Part shown: piece after piece, positions 36,879-47,513 of the stretch
Layout of the letters: each line of letters starts with the position of its first letter
How positions within the stretch are numbered: the stretch's first letter is position 1
DNA from: a virus
Taxonomy: Duplodnaviria > Caudoviricetes
IMG/VR virus record: IMGVR_UViG_3300042885_001472
Reading direction: 5' to 3' (one strand)
DNA length: 64,000 bases
Notes under the pieces: generated by a model
The model's database searches: none
What the model saw: the letters and a program-made list of their open reading frames with translations, nothing else
Told to the model about the DNA's origin: nothing
Program-made: the position numbers and the translations under genes

Positions 36879-37241
36879 ATGAACCTAAAAGAATCTATAA
36901 GAAGAATATTGAAAGAAGAAACTGAAGATTTATCATCATTCATAGAAAATATGTTAACTAAAACATTAGTTAATGACAATAAAGATATTTTATGTGGTGT
37001 TAAGGTCATTCACCCCAATCATAGGGAAAGTTTACCAGACGCTTTTGGAAATAATATTAAATTCACTAGTTATAAAGTGACATTCATATTTATTGGGGGG
37101 TATGGGACAAAAAATTGGCCTAAAACACAAAGTGTTGTGGGTAAATACGAGACTATTATGAATAAAGGTTGGGAATTGATTTACGATTATACAGACTTGG
37201 CTGTTGATGTATATTCAACGGAAGTTAAAAAATGTGATTAG
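36879..37241 (+). CDS. leader-family hypothetical protein (MNLKESIRRILKE)
   Basis: ORF track. Confidence 0.7.
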   Translation: MNLKESIRRILKEETEDLSSFIENMLTKTLVNDNKDILCGVKVIHPNHRESLPDAFGNNIKFTSYKVTFIFIGGYGTKNWPKTQSVVGKYETIMNKGWELIYDYTDLAVDVYSTEVKKCD

Positions 37242-37245
37242 TTTT

Positions 37246-37704
37246 ATGAACCTACAAGAATCCATAAGAAGAATATTAAGAGAATCCAGATTTGAAAAAA
37301 TGGGTGAAGAAAGGTATAAATCTTGTTCTATGTCTGATATAACCAGAATGGAAATTATTGATAATTTTTTTAAAAAAATAGAAGAAAATCCAAATTATAG
37401 TATTGAAAAACCTAATTATGAAATGTTAATTGATGATTGGGATGGTTATGATGATCAAGTTTATATTCAAAACTTATTAGATGATAATAAAATTGTTTTT
37501 TATGAAGGATGGGTTGATTCTTGTTGGGAAGCGGTTTATAATAAACCCCAATACAAAGGTATGGGTAAGGAAGAGGTTATTGAAGACATTGTATTAAAAA
37601 GATTCCCAAGAATTGGTGAAGAATTTAATATGGGTTTATTGGATTATGGGTATTTTAATGACGGTGATGGATATATAATGTATGTGATATTTAAGAAATT
37701 ATGA
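37246..37704 (+). CDS. leader-family hypothetical protein (MNLQESIRRILRE)
   Basis: Start moved to ATG 37246 by analogy with neighbours. Confidence 0.7.
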   Translation: MNLQESIRRILRESRFEKMGEERYKSCSMSDITRMEIIDNFFKKIEENPNYSIEKPNYEMLIDDWDGYDDQVYIQNLLDDNKIVFYEGWVDSCWEAVYNKPQYKGMGKEEVIEDIVLKRFPRIGEEFNMGLLDYGYFNDGDGYIMYVIFKKL

Positions 37705-38108
37705 ACCTACGAGAATCCATAAAAAGAATATTAAAAGAAGATTATAGTCCAGCCGGTAAAGAAGTTACACCAAACAAAATTGTTATCCACAAATCAACCC
37801 CAATTTTTAGGGAAAGTATTCTAAAAAATGGTTTACAAGTAAAGACTGGTGAATGTTATAAAATATACGTTGGTTGGGGAACCAAGTGTGAACCCGCCAT
37901 TTTCGCTACCAACTCAATAAATAAAAGGGCTTGGTTTGATTCAACATATGATGATGATATTTGGGAAATAAATACAGAAATGATTCCTAACGTTAAGTGG
38001 TACAAAGATAGACATTATGATTCAAAATCAAAACATATTGTAACATTTCAAGATATACCAAAAGAAGCTATAAGATTAATTTATAAAGGTACAGGTGAAG
38101 ATGATTAA
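37701..38108 (+). CDS. leader-family protein, KptA/Tpt1-like ART fold
   Basis: IHKST..SILKNGL..IFATN..IPKEAI. Confidence 0.5.
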   Translation: MNLRESIKRILKEDYSPAGKEVTPNKIVIHKSTPIFRESILKNGLQVKTGECYKIYVGWGTKCEPAIFATNSINKRAWFDSTYDDDIWEINTEMIPNVKWYKDRHYDSKSKHIVTFQDIPKEAIRLIYKGTGEDD

Positions 38109-38171
38109 AATACTTTTAACTAATAGTAGGGTTTTACGTTTAGTAAGATATTTATCTTTAAACTTTTTAAT

Positions 38172-38654
38172 ATGAAATACAAGATAACCGAAAGTCAATA
38201 TAGAAGATTAATTAAAGAAAATGTTGATGACATTTTAGATAGAATGTCAGCTGGTGAAAATTTAAGACCTTCCGATAAAAGAAAGATGGACGCTTATAGT
38301 AAATATTTAAATACTGGTGGTAGAGAAAGTGATTTTGAGTACTCAGATCACCCAGAGTATGTTGAAAAAGAGGGTGAAGTTATTAAATCTACTTTAGCTG
38401 ATCAACCCATAGAATTTATATTTTCTGAAGAGAATGAATTGGAAGATGGTATCATTGAGTACTCTGGTAAAATATGGTTTGGTGGTAATCAATATATTGG
38501 TGTGATAGCGACAGATAAAAGTGGTTATTTAATTGATTACGATTTTTATGATGTAGATACTCCGGATGAAAGGTTACGTTATGTGATTGAAGGTTTGGAA
38601 CACGAACTTGATAATTTTTTTCAAACAGAGGTAATACCTACCCTACAGAAGTAG
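38172..38654 (+). CDS. leader-family hypothetical protein (MKYKITESQY)
   Basis: ORF track. Confidence 0.7.
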   Translation: MKYKITESQYRRLIKENVDDILDRMSAGENLRPSDKRKMDAYSKYLNTGGRESDFEYSDHPEYVEKEGEVIKSTLADQPIEFIFSEENELEDGIIEYSGKIWFGGNQYIGVIATDKSGYLIDYDFYDVDTPDERLRYVIEGLEHELDNFFQTEVIPTLQK

Positions 38655-38655
38655 T

Positions 38656-39282
38656 ATGAAATATTTAATAACAGAATCACAATATAATTTATTACTAGAA
38701 CAAATTTCTGGTTTGGATGGTTTAATTGATAAAATATCTCAAACCTATAAGGAAATTGGTGAAAGTGATAAAAAACAAGAATATATTGATATGATTGATA
38801 AATTCATATCTGATTCTGGTGTTAAGAATATATTGGTTGAAGAAATCAAAATGGGTCTTGGTTTATCATTATCTGATAGGGTTATTATAAATACTAAAGC
38901 TTTCTCATTAACGTTACCAATGTTAACGTATGTGATTTTTCACGAAATAGCTCACCAATATCAATTTAAAAAATATGGTGCGGAAAAAATGTATGACTGT
39001 TATACTGGTGAAATAACTACAACACAAGGGGCTGAATTAATGAAATATATTGAAGAAGTGGCCGATGATTTCGCTTTAAGAAAGATTAGACAATTAGTTA
39101 AAATGGGATTTCCTATTAACCCTTCAGAACTTAGTGGTATTAAACCTATGTATAAAAATGTACCTTTATATCATTTTGTTTCATTAGTAGAAAATGTTAG
39201 GGGTATGATTGAGAATAAAAATATAACTACACCGGATAAGATTAGTGAATTCTTTTACAACTGGGTGAAAATTAATTTGTAA
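38656..39282 (+). CDS. leader-family protein with HExxH metallopeptidase motif
   Basis: YVIFHEIAHQYQ..E.VADDFA. Confidence 0.6.
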   Translation: MKYLITESQYNLLLEQISGLDGLIDKISQTYKEIGESDKKQEYIDMIDKFISDSGVKNILVEEIKMGLGLSLSDRVIINTKAFSLTLPMLTYVIFHEIAHQYQFKKYGAEKMYDCYTGEITTTQGAELMKYIEEVADDFALRKIRQLVKMGFPINPSELSGIKPMYKNVPLYHFVSLVENVRGMIENKNITTPDKISEFFYNWVKINL

Positions 39283-39286
39283 GATA

Positions 39287-39351
39287 AACGGTTTAGGACC
39301 GTTGTAGTTTCGGCTACAAGAAAGGTGTCAGCTCGCTACTAGACACCTTTC
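39287..39351 (+). terminator. triple-hairpin element ending in a terminator
   Basis: AACGG/CCGTT, TGTAG-TTTCGG-CTACA, AAGGTGTC/GACACCTT. Confidence 0.55.
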
Positions 39352-39601
39352 ATATTAATACATCTAACCAATATCTTTTAAAGGTTATCCACAAACCAAA
39401 TATTTTTACTTGTAATTTACATCTATAACTTTCATAACTCTTAGGTCCAATGTCATTTACTGACCAAGACAATGTCACATAATTAGTATTTTTATGGATT
39501 CTTCTAAACAACATATTTTTTTTATTTAAATATAGTAAATATTTTTCAAATAAAAATTGTTTTATAGAAAAAAAATGTTTATTTTTGTAAAAAAATTATA
39601 T

Positions 39602-39943
39602 ATGAAAAAATTTTTATTATTAACATTAATGATAATACCTTTATTATCAACCTCACAAAATGAATTAAGAAATTTTGAAACACTTAAAGTAACCTTTGAT
39701 GATACCATTACCAATAAATATTTTCTTTACAAAATATCATTTGATAACATAACGACACTAGAGTTATCAAAAACGATTATACCAGAGTTAATGGATATTT
39801 TTAAATCCAAACCCCATTTTTTTGTGGAACTAAGTGAATACAATATAATATCTAATATTGATGTAGGTGATTTTGAATTGTATCAAATGTTTAATGGTAA
39901 ACATTATAAACCCACTTACTTTAGAAAAGAAAATATAAATTAA
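39602..39943 (+). CDS. secreted hypothetical protein
   Basis: MKKFLLLTLMIIPLLSTS signal peptide; ATG 39602. Confidence 0.6.
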   Translation: MKKFLLLTLMIIPLLSTSQNELRNFETLKVTFDDTITNKYFLYKISFDNITTLELSKTIIPELMDIFKSKPHFFVELSEYNIISNIDVGDFELYQMFNGKHYKPTYFRKENIN

Positions 39944-39967
39944 TAATAACCCATAAAACCAAATCTA

Positions 39968-40267
39968 ATGAGTAAATCAAAAGGAATTAAACAACAGATT
40001 GAATTAAACCCTAGAGGGTTGACTAAAAGAGTTTATAACAGAATTCTTAAAATGAATAAATTAAAGGGATTATCTGATATCAAGACAACTTCAGGTAAAG
40101 TCATCAATGTTGGTGATAATTTATTGTTTGGTGTTCTTTTAGAACCGGAAAATGTTTCTAGGGTAGTTTCCTTTTTACCGGAAGAATATGGTACAATTTA
40201 CAAGTATGGTGGTAGAACATCCAAAACAAGATATCCATTCTTAAAATTAAAAACTCCCTCAATTTAG
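39968..40267 (+). CDS. hypothetical protein
   Basis: ORF track. Confidence 0.6.
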   Translation: MSKSKGIKQQIELNPRGLTKRVYNRILKMNKLKGLSDIKTTSGKVINVGDNLLFGVLLEPENVSRVVSFLPEEYGTIYKYGGRTSKTRYPFLKLKTPSI

Positions 40268-40298
40268 AGGTTTTTTTTATTGTAAGATATTTATACTT

Positions 40299-40970
40299 AT
40301 GGAAGGTTTAATTAAAAAAATTTTAAAGGAAAACATTGAGGAGAAGTTATACAATATAACCTTAAAAGATCTTAAAATTAAGGGTCTTAGTTTTGAATTT
40401 GAAACAAGTTCTTTTGATACTGGTGGTGAGATGTATGACGAATATACTGAATTATTTGATGATTATATAAACGATAATTGGGAAAATTATTTTACAAATG
40501 TAAGTTTAGATGACGATGATGAACCATCATCATTCACCAAAGTAGATGATCCGGATGGACCTGAATACGATTATGATGAAATGAACCACGAAATGATTTA
40601 TATATTCATTGATGAGATGAAAAAAAAGGGTTTTATTACTGAAACTAGTTTAAGTAAATATGAATCAACTTATACTATAATAACCGATACTTTAAAAGTT
40701 AACTTACCCAATAAGGGTTCATATACCTTACATATTAATGAAAAACCAGATGGTACTGTAGGGTTAAATATTAGAGATCTTGACGCACAATTATTATTCA
40801 CAGATTTAATACAAATTACAATGGATTATGGTTATGAATATCTTACAGAAATGAATGATTTTAAAAAAAGATTTTATAACGATATTATGAATAAATTAAA
40901 TGAATATAAGATTGAATTTTCTGATTCATTTATAAAATTAACACCAAATGTATTGAAATTTACGATATGA
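40299..40970 (+). CDS. leader-family acidic protein (MEGLIKKILKE)
   Basis: ORF track. Confidence 0.7.
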   Translation: MEGLIKKILKENIEEKLYNITLKDLKIKGLSFEFETSSFDTGGEMYDEYTELFDDYINDNWENYFTNVSLDDDDEPSSFTKVDDPDGPEYDYDEMNHEMIYIFIDEMKKKGFITETSLSKYESTYTIITDTLKVNLPNKGSYTLHINEKPDGTVGLNIRDLDAQLLFTDLIQITMDYGYEYLTEMNDFKKRFYNDIMNKLNEYKIEFSDSFIKLTPNVLKFTI

Positions 40971-41206
40971 AAAAAATAATTAAATTAACGGAATCGGATT
41001 TAAATAGAATAGTTAAAAAGATAATTAACGAATCTTATGATCCAGATAGGTTATATGACCGAGGTAAGGTTGTTAGTTCATTAAAGAATGGACCACCAAT
41101 GGTTAGAAAATTCATTAAGAATTTACCCATCATTGAATGTGATAATAAAATATGTACAAAAATACCAGAATTTTTATATGTTTATTTAAGTGGTAAACTC
41201 TATTAA
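40967..41206 (+). CDS. leader-family protein (MKKIIKLTESDLNRIVKKIINE)
   Basis: ORF track. Confidence 0.7.
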   Translation: MKKIIKLTESDLNRIVKKIINESYDPDRLYDRGKVVSSLKNGPPMVRKFIKNLPIIECDNKICTKIPEFLYVYLSGKLY

Positions 41207-41209
41207 GAA

Positions 41210-41755
41210 ATGAAAATATTGATAAAAAAGATATTATTAGAACAGAATGAATCTGTTGATAATAAGGTTAAAGAACTTATGTTTAACTCAGATGATTGGG
41301 ATGGATTCATTGAAGCCTTAAAAGTTAAGTATGGTAATATAATTTCACTTTATCACGCCACAACCATTAAAAATTCTAATATAATTGATCAAGAAGGTTT
41401 TAGATTAACATTTGGTAAAAATAAAAAGTCCTGGGCACATGAACCATTAATCTATTTTCAAATAGGTAAATCTGATTATATTGATGATGATAGAAGTGTT
41501 CTTTATCGTTTAGATGTACCAGTAGAATTTATAGAACAATATGGTTATATTGATATGGATAATGTTATCATTAGTGATGAAGAATTGATGTCCTCCGGTG
41601 TTGAATTTGAAGGTATGAGTTCTGATATGAAAGAGGCTGTAGAGTATTTTATATGGAATGATATGAGTTTAGATGGTATGGAAATAATGATCCAGGATAG
41701 GGATGGTGAGGGTAATATTTTCAAGGGGTTAATACCAACCAAAATAAGTGGTTAA
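41210..41755 (+). CDS. leader-family protein, ART-like
   Basis: LYHATT..IDQEGF..IYF. Confidence 0.5.
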   Translation: MKILIKKILLEQNESVDNKVKELMFNSDDWDGFIEALKVKYGNIISLYHATTIKNSNIIDQEGFRLTFGKNKKSWAHEPLIYFQIGKSDYIDDDRSVLYRLDVPVEFIEQYGYIDMDNVIISDEELMSSGVEFEGMSSDMKEAVEYFIWNDMSLDGMEIMIQDRDGEGNIFKGLIPTKISG

Positions 41756-42270
41756 CGTTTAAGATTTAATATTACTTTAGGTATTAAACTAGTTTCCTCT
41801 GGATATTTTTCAATATAACTACTAAGATCTCCATCTTTAGTGTAACCCATTTCTTTTGTGTTCCATACTCTACAAGTATCTGAAATACTATTCGCGATTA
41901 AAACCATAGTGTCATCATCAAGTAGTGTTTTATATCTACCACCCCAAGATGATCCACCATCACCCCCACCCCAACAATTAATTTTATGATGTCTTCCAAC
42001 TTCAATATGAACATTTCGGTTAATACCCATACTATTATAACCTCTCTGTGATTTACCACATTCAACAAAAGATTCGTGGATGGTCAATAAACCTATCTCA
42101 CCTTTTTCAAGATAATTTTCATCAATAATTTTTGAGTAGGGTATATATAGTTCTGGTAATGATAAACTATCACCTTGTACAAATGGCATCATATTACATT
42201 TGATACCGGTCAATTTTGGGAATTTAATTTTATTTACTATCATTTTATTATATTTAAAGTTTCTATACAT
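41752..42270 (-). CDS. conserved phage hypothetical protein
   Basis: ORF track. Confidence 0.6.
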   Translation of the reverse strand: MYRNFKYNKMIVNKIKFPKLTGIKCNMMPFVQGDSLSLPELYIPYSKIIDENYLEKGEIGLLTIHESFVECGKSQRGYNSMGINRNVHIEVGRHHKINCWGGGDGGSSWGGRYKTLLDDDTMVLIANSISDTCRVWNTKEMGYTKDGDLSSYIEKYPEETSLIPKVILNLKR

Positions 42271-42878
42271 TCTTCAAAGGCACAATTAAAAACATATTCA
42301 CCAACAAATGGATCAACACAATTACGGATAACCTGGTCTTTTCTATGTTTCATTTTAAATGGTCGTAAGTCAAAATATCCTTTATCAGAAGTACCTCTTT
42401 CATTGTGTGTTAAACCATCTTTCATATCAATTTGAGGTATGTTAAAGTTTGACCAGAATAAATGTCTACCAAGTTTTGTTGTTGGTTTTACAAGTGGATC
42501 ATAGTATGGTTTTACATTTTCAATAACAAATTTTATATCAGTATTCTTGGTAAAGTTTTGTAAAAATATTATTTCAGACCATAATTTCATATCCGGCATC
42601 ACCGCATCATAACTACCACCCTTACTGGCCATCATCCTCACTTTACTATGACTTTGACACGGAGGACTAGACCATATAAAGTCAAATTCTCTCCAATGTT
42701 TAGCTAAATATTCGTGTGCGTCAGTAACTATAACAGTATCATTTGGGTGTAATTGGTTATAAACATTCGCAATCTCTTCATTGTATTCTATGGCAGTAAC
42801 TTCAACATCTTCCCAGTGTTTTCTATTACCACCAATTCCAGCGTATAAATTTAATACTTTTTTCATTATTTTATTCAA
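42240..42878 (-). CDS. C5 cytosine DNA methyltransferase (short type)
   Basis: LNLYAGIGG, WSSPPCQ, FVIENV, RHLFWSN, RNCV. Confidence 0.85.
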   Translation of the reverse strand: MNKIMKKVLNLYAGIGGNRKHWEDVEVTAIEYNEEIANVYNQLHPNDTVIVTDAHEYLAKHWREFDFIWSSPPCQSHSKVRMMASKGGSYDAVMPDMKLWSEIIFLQNFTKNTDIKFVIENVKPYYDPLVKPTTKLGRHLFWSNFNIPQIDMKDGLTHNERGTSDKGYFDLRPFKMKHRKDQVIRNCVDPFVGEYVFNCAFEECIETLNIIK

Positions 42879-43884
42879 TAGTTAAAGGGACATAATTTTC
42901 TAAATTACTTGTTGTTTCAACAATCTTATATTCACTAAAGAATTGTTCAAATAAAGCCATCATTACCGGTACACAAATTGAGTTACCAGCTAAGGCGATA
43001 TGTTGAATAGTTGAAATTTTCACTGTTAATAAATTATCAATGTCATCATCTTTAACACCCATAAAACGATAACCCTCACGAGCCGTTAAAGTTCTAATTC
43101 TACCATCAACCATAATTTGTGGCGATCCAGAAGTTGTAAGACAAGGAGAACAACCACTAGTACCATATATTCTTCTAGACTGATCGTATTTAATATCTGT
43201 TCGTTTGGCTACTAAGTTACAAACTGATTTCTTTTTAACTTCATTTAATTCATATGGTGGTGTGATGTATAAAGATTCATCAACATCTTTTTCAATAAAA
43301 TTATCCATAGGAACTCTATCTTGTTTTAATGAAATAACATTTAACATTTTACTTTTTACACTCTCACTATCTTCACCCAATACAGAAAACATAAAAACTC
43401 GTTCTCTATTTTGGGGACAACCATAATCCGCACCATTAATGACCATCCACGAATTACCATAACCCAAAGATTCTAGTTTAGTAATATATTCCTTAAACGG
43501 TTGGATGTGGTTATTAGAAACTAAGTTTTTCACATTTTCCATTAAAAGAAATTTGGGTTTATTATACTCAACAATCCTTTCAACTTCATATAGTAAACCT
43601 GATCTAGTACCCACTTTAATACCCTTCTGAAGTCCAGCTATAGACAGATCCTGGCAAGGATACGAATAAAATAATAAATCACATTCCGGAAATGTTTTCT
43701 CATCAATTTTTTTAATATCACCCAAGTTACCAAGAATTGTTTTATGTAATGTATTATACGCTAAATTCGCTGAGTTTAGAATATCACAATGGGCGATAAC
43801 TTTATAGTTAATACCAGAATATTTTAAAGCTAATTCTTGAGTTCCATAACCGGAAAAAAGTGATATGATTTTTAATTCTTTCAT
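42871..43884 (-). CDS. C5 cytosine DNA methyltransferase
   Basis: LFSGYG, YPCQDLS, ENVKNL, QNRERVF, AGNSICV. Confidence 0.92.
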   Translation of the reverse strand: MKELKIISLFSGYGTQELALKYSGINYKVIAHCDILNSANLAYNTLHKTILGNLGDIKKIDEKTFPECDLLFYSYPCQDLSIAGLQKGIKVGTRSGLLYEVERIVEYNKPKFLLMENVKNLVSNNHIQPFKEYITKLESLGYGNSWMVINGADYGCPQNRERVFMFSVLGEDSESVKSKMLNVISLKQDRVPMDNFIEKDVDESLYITPPYELNEVKKKSVCNLVAKRTDIKYDQSRRIYGTSGCSPCLTTSGSPQIMVDGRIRTLTAREGYRFMGVKDDDIDNLLTVKISTIQHIALAGNSICVPVMMALFEQFFSEYKIVETTSNLENYVPLTIE

Positions 43885-43904
43885 TTGTTTAAGATTGATT
43901 GTTA

Positions 43905-44252
43905 TTAATTGATTTTTTTATTTGATTCATATGTTGTTAGGAAGAGAGCCATAAAACCGAAATTATCTAAATCAGGATTAGCTTCTTCCCATAAGATACC
44001 TTCACCATCATACCACCCTTTAAAGTTGTTGTAAACCTTTTCATAATCAGTCTCACCATACTCTAAATACAATTTCCTTATTAATGGGATAAATAATATC
44101 CCAAAGTCACATTTACCCCAAGTTAATGATGATTCCAATGGTAATAAAAAACGAGTAAAATCTTCATATAATTGACTTAGGGGTAACTTATCTTTTTCTT
44201 CAACATTAACTAAGAATTGTAACTTTTCGTACTTGGTAATTAATTCATTCAT
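43905..44252 (-). CDS. hypothetical protein
   Basis: ORF track. Confidence 0.6.
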   Translation of the reverse strand: MNELITKYEKLQFLVNVEEKDKLPLSQLYEDFTRFLLPLESSLTWGKCDFGILFIPLIRKLYLEYGETDYEKVYNNFKGWYDGEGILWEEANPDLDNFGFMALFLTTYESNKKIN

Positions 44253-44299
44253 TTATTTAATTTTTACAAATTTAAAATAATATTTTTAAATAAACAAAT

Positions 44300-44653
44300 T
44301 TATTTTACATCAATTAAAAATAATTCATCCAGTTCTTCAGTAAGTAAATCTAACTTACCCTTATATTTTATTTTTTGAGTTTCAGTTAGGGGTTCAGAAA
44401 TCCTATACCCACCTTCAATTTTAATCCTTTCAGTCTTCGTTTGTTTTAATTTATAGGTTGTATGATCTATTTTCTCAATTAAGGATTTAATATTCATATC
44501 AATACACCATCTAACTTCCATAATGTTTGTTTTTGAAATGTCTTCAACAACACCATTCCATTTGGTAATCTTTTTATTAACTAAATCTACCTTTAACCCA
44601 CGTTGACCACCTTGGACACCATTTTCTTCAAACCATTCAATTTCATTTTTCAT
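44300..44653 (-). CDS. hypothetical protein
   Basis: ORF track. Confidence 0.6.
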   Translation of the reverse strand: MKNEIEWFEENGVQGGQRGLKVDLVNKKITKWNGVVEDISKTNIMEVRWCIDMNIKSLIEKIDHTTYKLKQTKTERIKIEGGYRISEPLTETQKIKYKGKLDLLTEELDELFLIDVK

Positions 44654-44675
44654 ATTATATTGTTTTTTTTATTAT

Positions 44676-44897
44676 TTAAATTGAGTTAATATAGAATTCA
44701 ATTCTATCCACAATCCTTTTTAATCTGTTATGGTCTTCATCCTGGTGATATTTTTCCTCATTTACCTTGTAAATGTCATAATTCCTACCAAGTTCTCGAT
44801 CAACGTCTGATTTCTTATTTCTTAACCTATTTTCAATCATTAATTTCAATTCTTTTAAATCAATTAATGATAACGATTCTATCTTTATTTTCTCCAT
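44676..44897 (-). CDS. hypothetical protein
   Basis: ORF track. Confidence 0.6.
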   Translation of the reverse strand: MEKIKIESLSLIDLKELKLMIENRLRNKKSDVDRELGRNYDIYKVNEEKYHQDEDHNRLKRIVDRIEFYINSI

Positions 44898-44946
44898 TTA
44901 CCAATTATAAACATAATTTTTTAATAAATCAAATATATTTATGGTT

Positions 44947-46548
44947 ATGAAAAGTTTAATTAAGGAACATTTAAAAAGATTGATATTAGAAGTATCAAAA
45001 AAAGATATTTTAATTAATAAAGTGGGTTTATCAATAGATAACGCTACATTAATAGATCAGTTATGTGGATCATTATCAATCTGGATGGCCAATAAATTAA
45101 TTGACTATCAATTGGTAATTAGTAAAGGTCACAACCCTAATGTTGATTTAACTAAACAGGATTTAATAACAAAAATGAATGGTAATAATCTTCCAACTGT
45201 ACAAAGAACTAAAATTACTAGTATAATGGATTTTATTAGAATTGGTTTAAATGGTAATATCTCATTAATTAAAGATTTACCATTTAAGGAATTATATGAC
45301 CAATCTCAAGAATGGCACGATTCCTTAGAACTTGGTACTGGTCAAATTAATTATACTGAAGAAAACCCCATAGTATTAGATTTTAGAAATGAAGATGGTA
45401 TTGGCTTTTATTGGGTAAACTTAGAAACTAAAAATTCAACAGAAGAGTGTAAAAGAATGGGTCATTGTGGAACATCTCATTATGGTATACTTTATTCATT
45501 AAGAGAGACTAAAAAGTTACCCGGAACTAAGTATACCATTAATAATAGTATTTCAACAGCCGCGATTGGTGAAGATAATATATTATATCAATTGAAGGGT
45601 CCTAGGAATTCAAAACCTAAAGAAGAATACCACCAGTATATATTACCATTATTTTATGTGGAAGAAGATGGTGAGTATTTAATCCAAGGTTTTGGTAGTG
45701 AGTACCGGTCAGATCAGGATTTTAAACTATCAGATCTACCCAATAATGTCCTTATTAATTTATATAAGAATAGACCAGAATTATTTGATACAAGAAGGTT
45801 ACAAAAAAAATTAGTTGATTTGGGTATTATTGAAAAACCGGAAATTAATTATATGATTACTCTTGAGATAAGTCCAGATGATGTTGGTAGATATGTAGAT
45901 GGTGATTATTTAGTTAGTAGAAGAAGAAAAAACAAAGAAGGTAATTATGTGGGTAGAGACATTGGTTTATTTGAAACAATTTTATCCGGTGATGTTTGGG
46001 ATTTATGGGAACGTTATAGTGATAATGATAGTTGGAAATATGATATAGATTATTGTGATAAGGAGAATGATGTTAAAATTGAGGAACTTATTAAAAAAAT
46101 GGCGATGGAAGAAATGGGTGAAGATTTTGATGAAGAAGAGTTTGATTTCTTGAGTATTGAGGATAAATTAAAGGAATATGATAGTAATTGGGATATAAGG
46201 AGTGCGATAAGTAGTGCCAGTAATGACGCCCAAGCCGATGATTATGTTAGTCACTTATTGAAAGAATTGAGAAGTGCTTTAAATGAGTTGGGTACTGTTG
46301 AAAAAATGGATGATACTGGAGTTACATTACATGTTGATGTGAGAAATTATCTTGATAGTGTTAGTGAAGAATATCTTGATGAATATATGGATAATTGTAA
46401 TGATGATTTAAAATGTGTATTCAATGAAATTATAAGTCAAGAATTTGATCTACTACCCAAATTTAGTATTGATGATAGATGGACACCGGATATTGAGGAG
46501 AGACTTTTTAATGAAATGTTAAGTGATAGATTATCTGAAATAGGATAA
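44947..46548 (+). CDS. large leader-family protein (MKSLIKEHLKRLILE) with RMGHCG motif
   Basis: ATG 44947 after ATATTTAT; lone + gene in a - block. Confidence 0.7.
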   Translation: MKSLIKEHLKRLILEVSKKDILINKVGLSIDNATLIDQLCGSLSIWMANKLIDYQLVISKGHNPNVDLTKQDLITKMNGNNLPTVQRTKITSIMDFIRIGLNGNISLIKDLPFKELYDQSQEWHDSLELGTGQINYTEENPIVLDFRNEDGIGFYWVNLETKNSTEECKRMGHCGTSHYGILYSLRETKKLPGTKYTINNSISTAAIGEDNILYQLKGPRNSKPKEEYHQYILPLFYVEEDGEYLIQGFGSEYRSDQDFKLSDLPNNVLINLYKNRPELFDTRRLQKKLVDLGIIEKPEINYMITLEISPDDVGRYVDGDYLVSRRRKNKEGNYVGRDIGLFETILSGDVWDLWERYSDNDSWKYDIDYCDKENDVKIEELIKKMAMEEMGEDFDEEEFDFLSIEDKLKEYDSNWDIRSAISSASNDAQADDYVSHLLKELRSALNELGTVEKMDDTGVTLHVDVRNYLDSVSEEYLDEYMDNCNDDLKCVFNEIISQEFDLLPKFSIDDRWTPDIEERLFNEMLSDRLSEIG

Positions 46549-46550
46549 AA

Positions 46551-46901
46551 TTATTTCCAAAATAATTGTACCATCAATATTAGGAACGCTAAAAATAAAC
46601 ATATAAATGTCTTCAATGTTATTGGTTCATTAAATATTAACCAACTTAAACATATAAATACAATAGAACCAACACTGAAACCTATTAACCTAGAAGGCCA
46701 TAGTTGTCCGTTAAAAGCTATTACCATATTTTTAACAGAATACATAAATAACATTGATATGGGTATGCCAATTAAAACTACAACCCAATAGTTATTCTTG
46801 AACCATTCCCATTTCAATTGACCTTGTAGTTGTAGGAAAGTTAATATTTGAGCCATAGCTCCAAACAATATTCCAACTAATAATAGTTTTATATTTATCA
46901 T
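46551..46901 (-). CDS. 4-TM membrane protein (DMT-like)
   Basis: four hydrophobic helices. Confidence 0.6.
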   Translation of the reverse strand: MINIKLLLVGILFGAMAQILTFLQLQGQLKWEWFKNNYWVVVLIGIPISMLFMYSVKNMVIAFNGQLWPSRLIGFSVGSIVFICLSWLIFNEPITLKTFICLFLAFLILMVQLFWK

Positions 46902-47101
46902 TTTTTAAACATTATTTTATCACATACTATAAAATAGTATGTCTGGTTAGATTCTATTAAATAGTAATCTATAATTTGTGGGGAATGGTCTTGAGACCTT
47001 CTTATCTTATCTCTGATGATCCCAGTCTTACGTACCCAATCTTCATTATATGTCAGTGGATTCGTAACTTTTACATCAAATAATACTTCTGTTCCTATCA
47101 T
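46898..47101 (-). CDS. hypothetical protein
   Basis: ORF track. Confidence 0.55.
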   Translation of the reverse strand: MIGTEVLFDVKVTNPLTYNEDWVRKTGIIRDKIRRSQDHSPQIIDYYLIESNQTYYFIVCDKIMFKK

Positions 47102-47107
47102 ATTGTT

Positions 47108-47494
47108 TTAGTTTAAGTCCCAATAAATATCTGTTAAGTATTTATCAGTTCCATTTACTTTAGAGATTTCATTTTTATGTAATATAGATGATTCCAACAT
47201 TTTTTGTTTATCTTCATCTGTTCGTGGTATCCATAAATTAGGTTGATCAAAGTGATTTATTTTAGCTAGTCTAATAAATTCATTATAATGTTTATCATCT
47301 ATCTTCCCTTTTAAAGGTACAATACCCCCAACACAAGTATTCCACTTAGTTTCTCTACCATTATAAGTTATATAGTAATAATCATCATCATCCGATCCAA
47401 TACCAATAAACCTTTCAACTACATTGTGATTGATTACAAATTGACCTTTTAGTTCTTCAAACTCTTGAAGTATTAATTTTAAGTTACTATCCAT
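47108..47494 (-). CDS. hypothetical protein, paralogue of 50447-50812
   Basis: MDSNL.LIL.EFEELKGQFVINHNVVERFI. Confidence 0.7.
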   Translation of the reverse strand: MDSNLKLILQEFEELKGQFVINHNVVERFIGIGSDDDDYYYITYNGRETKWNTCVGGIVPLKGKIDDKHYNEFIRLAKINHFDQPNLWIPRTDEDKQKMLESSILHKNEISKVNGTDKYLTDIYWDLN

Positions 47495-47513
47495 TTATTT
47501 TTAATTATATCTA

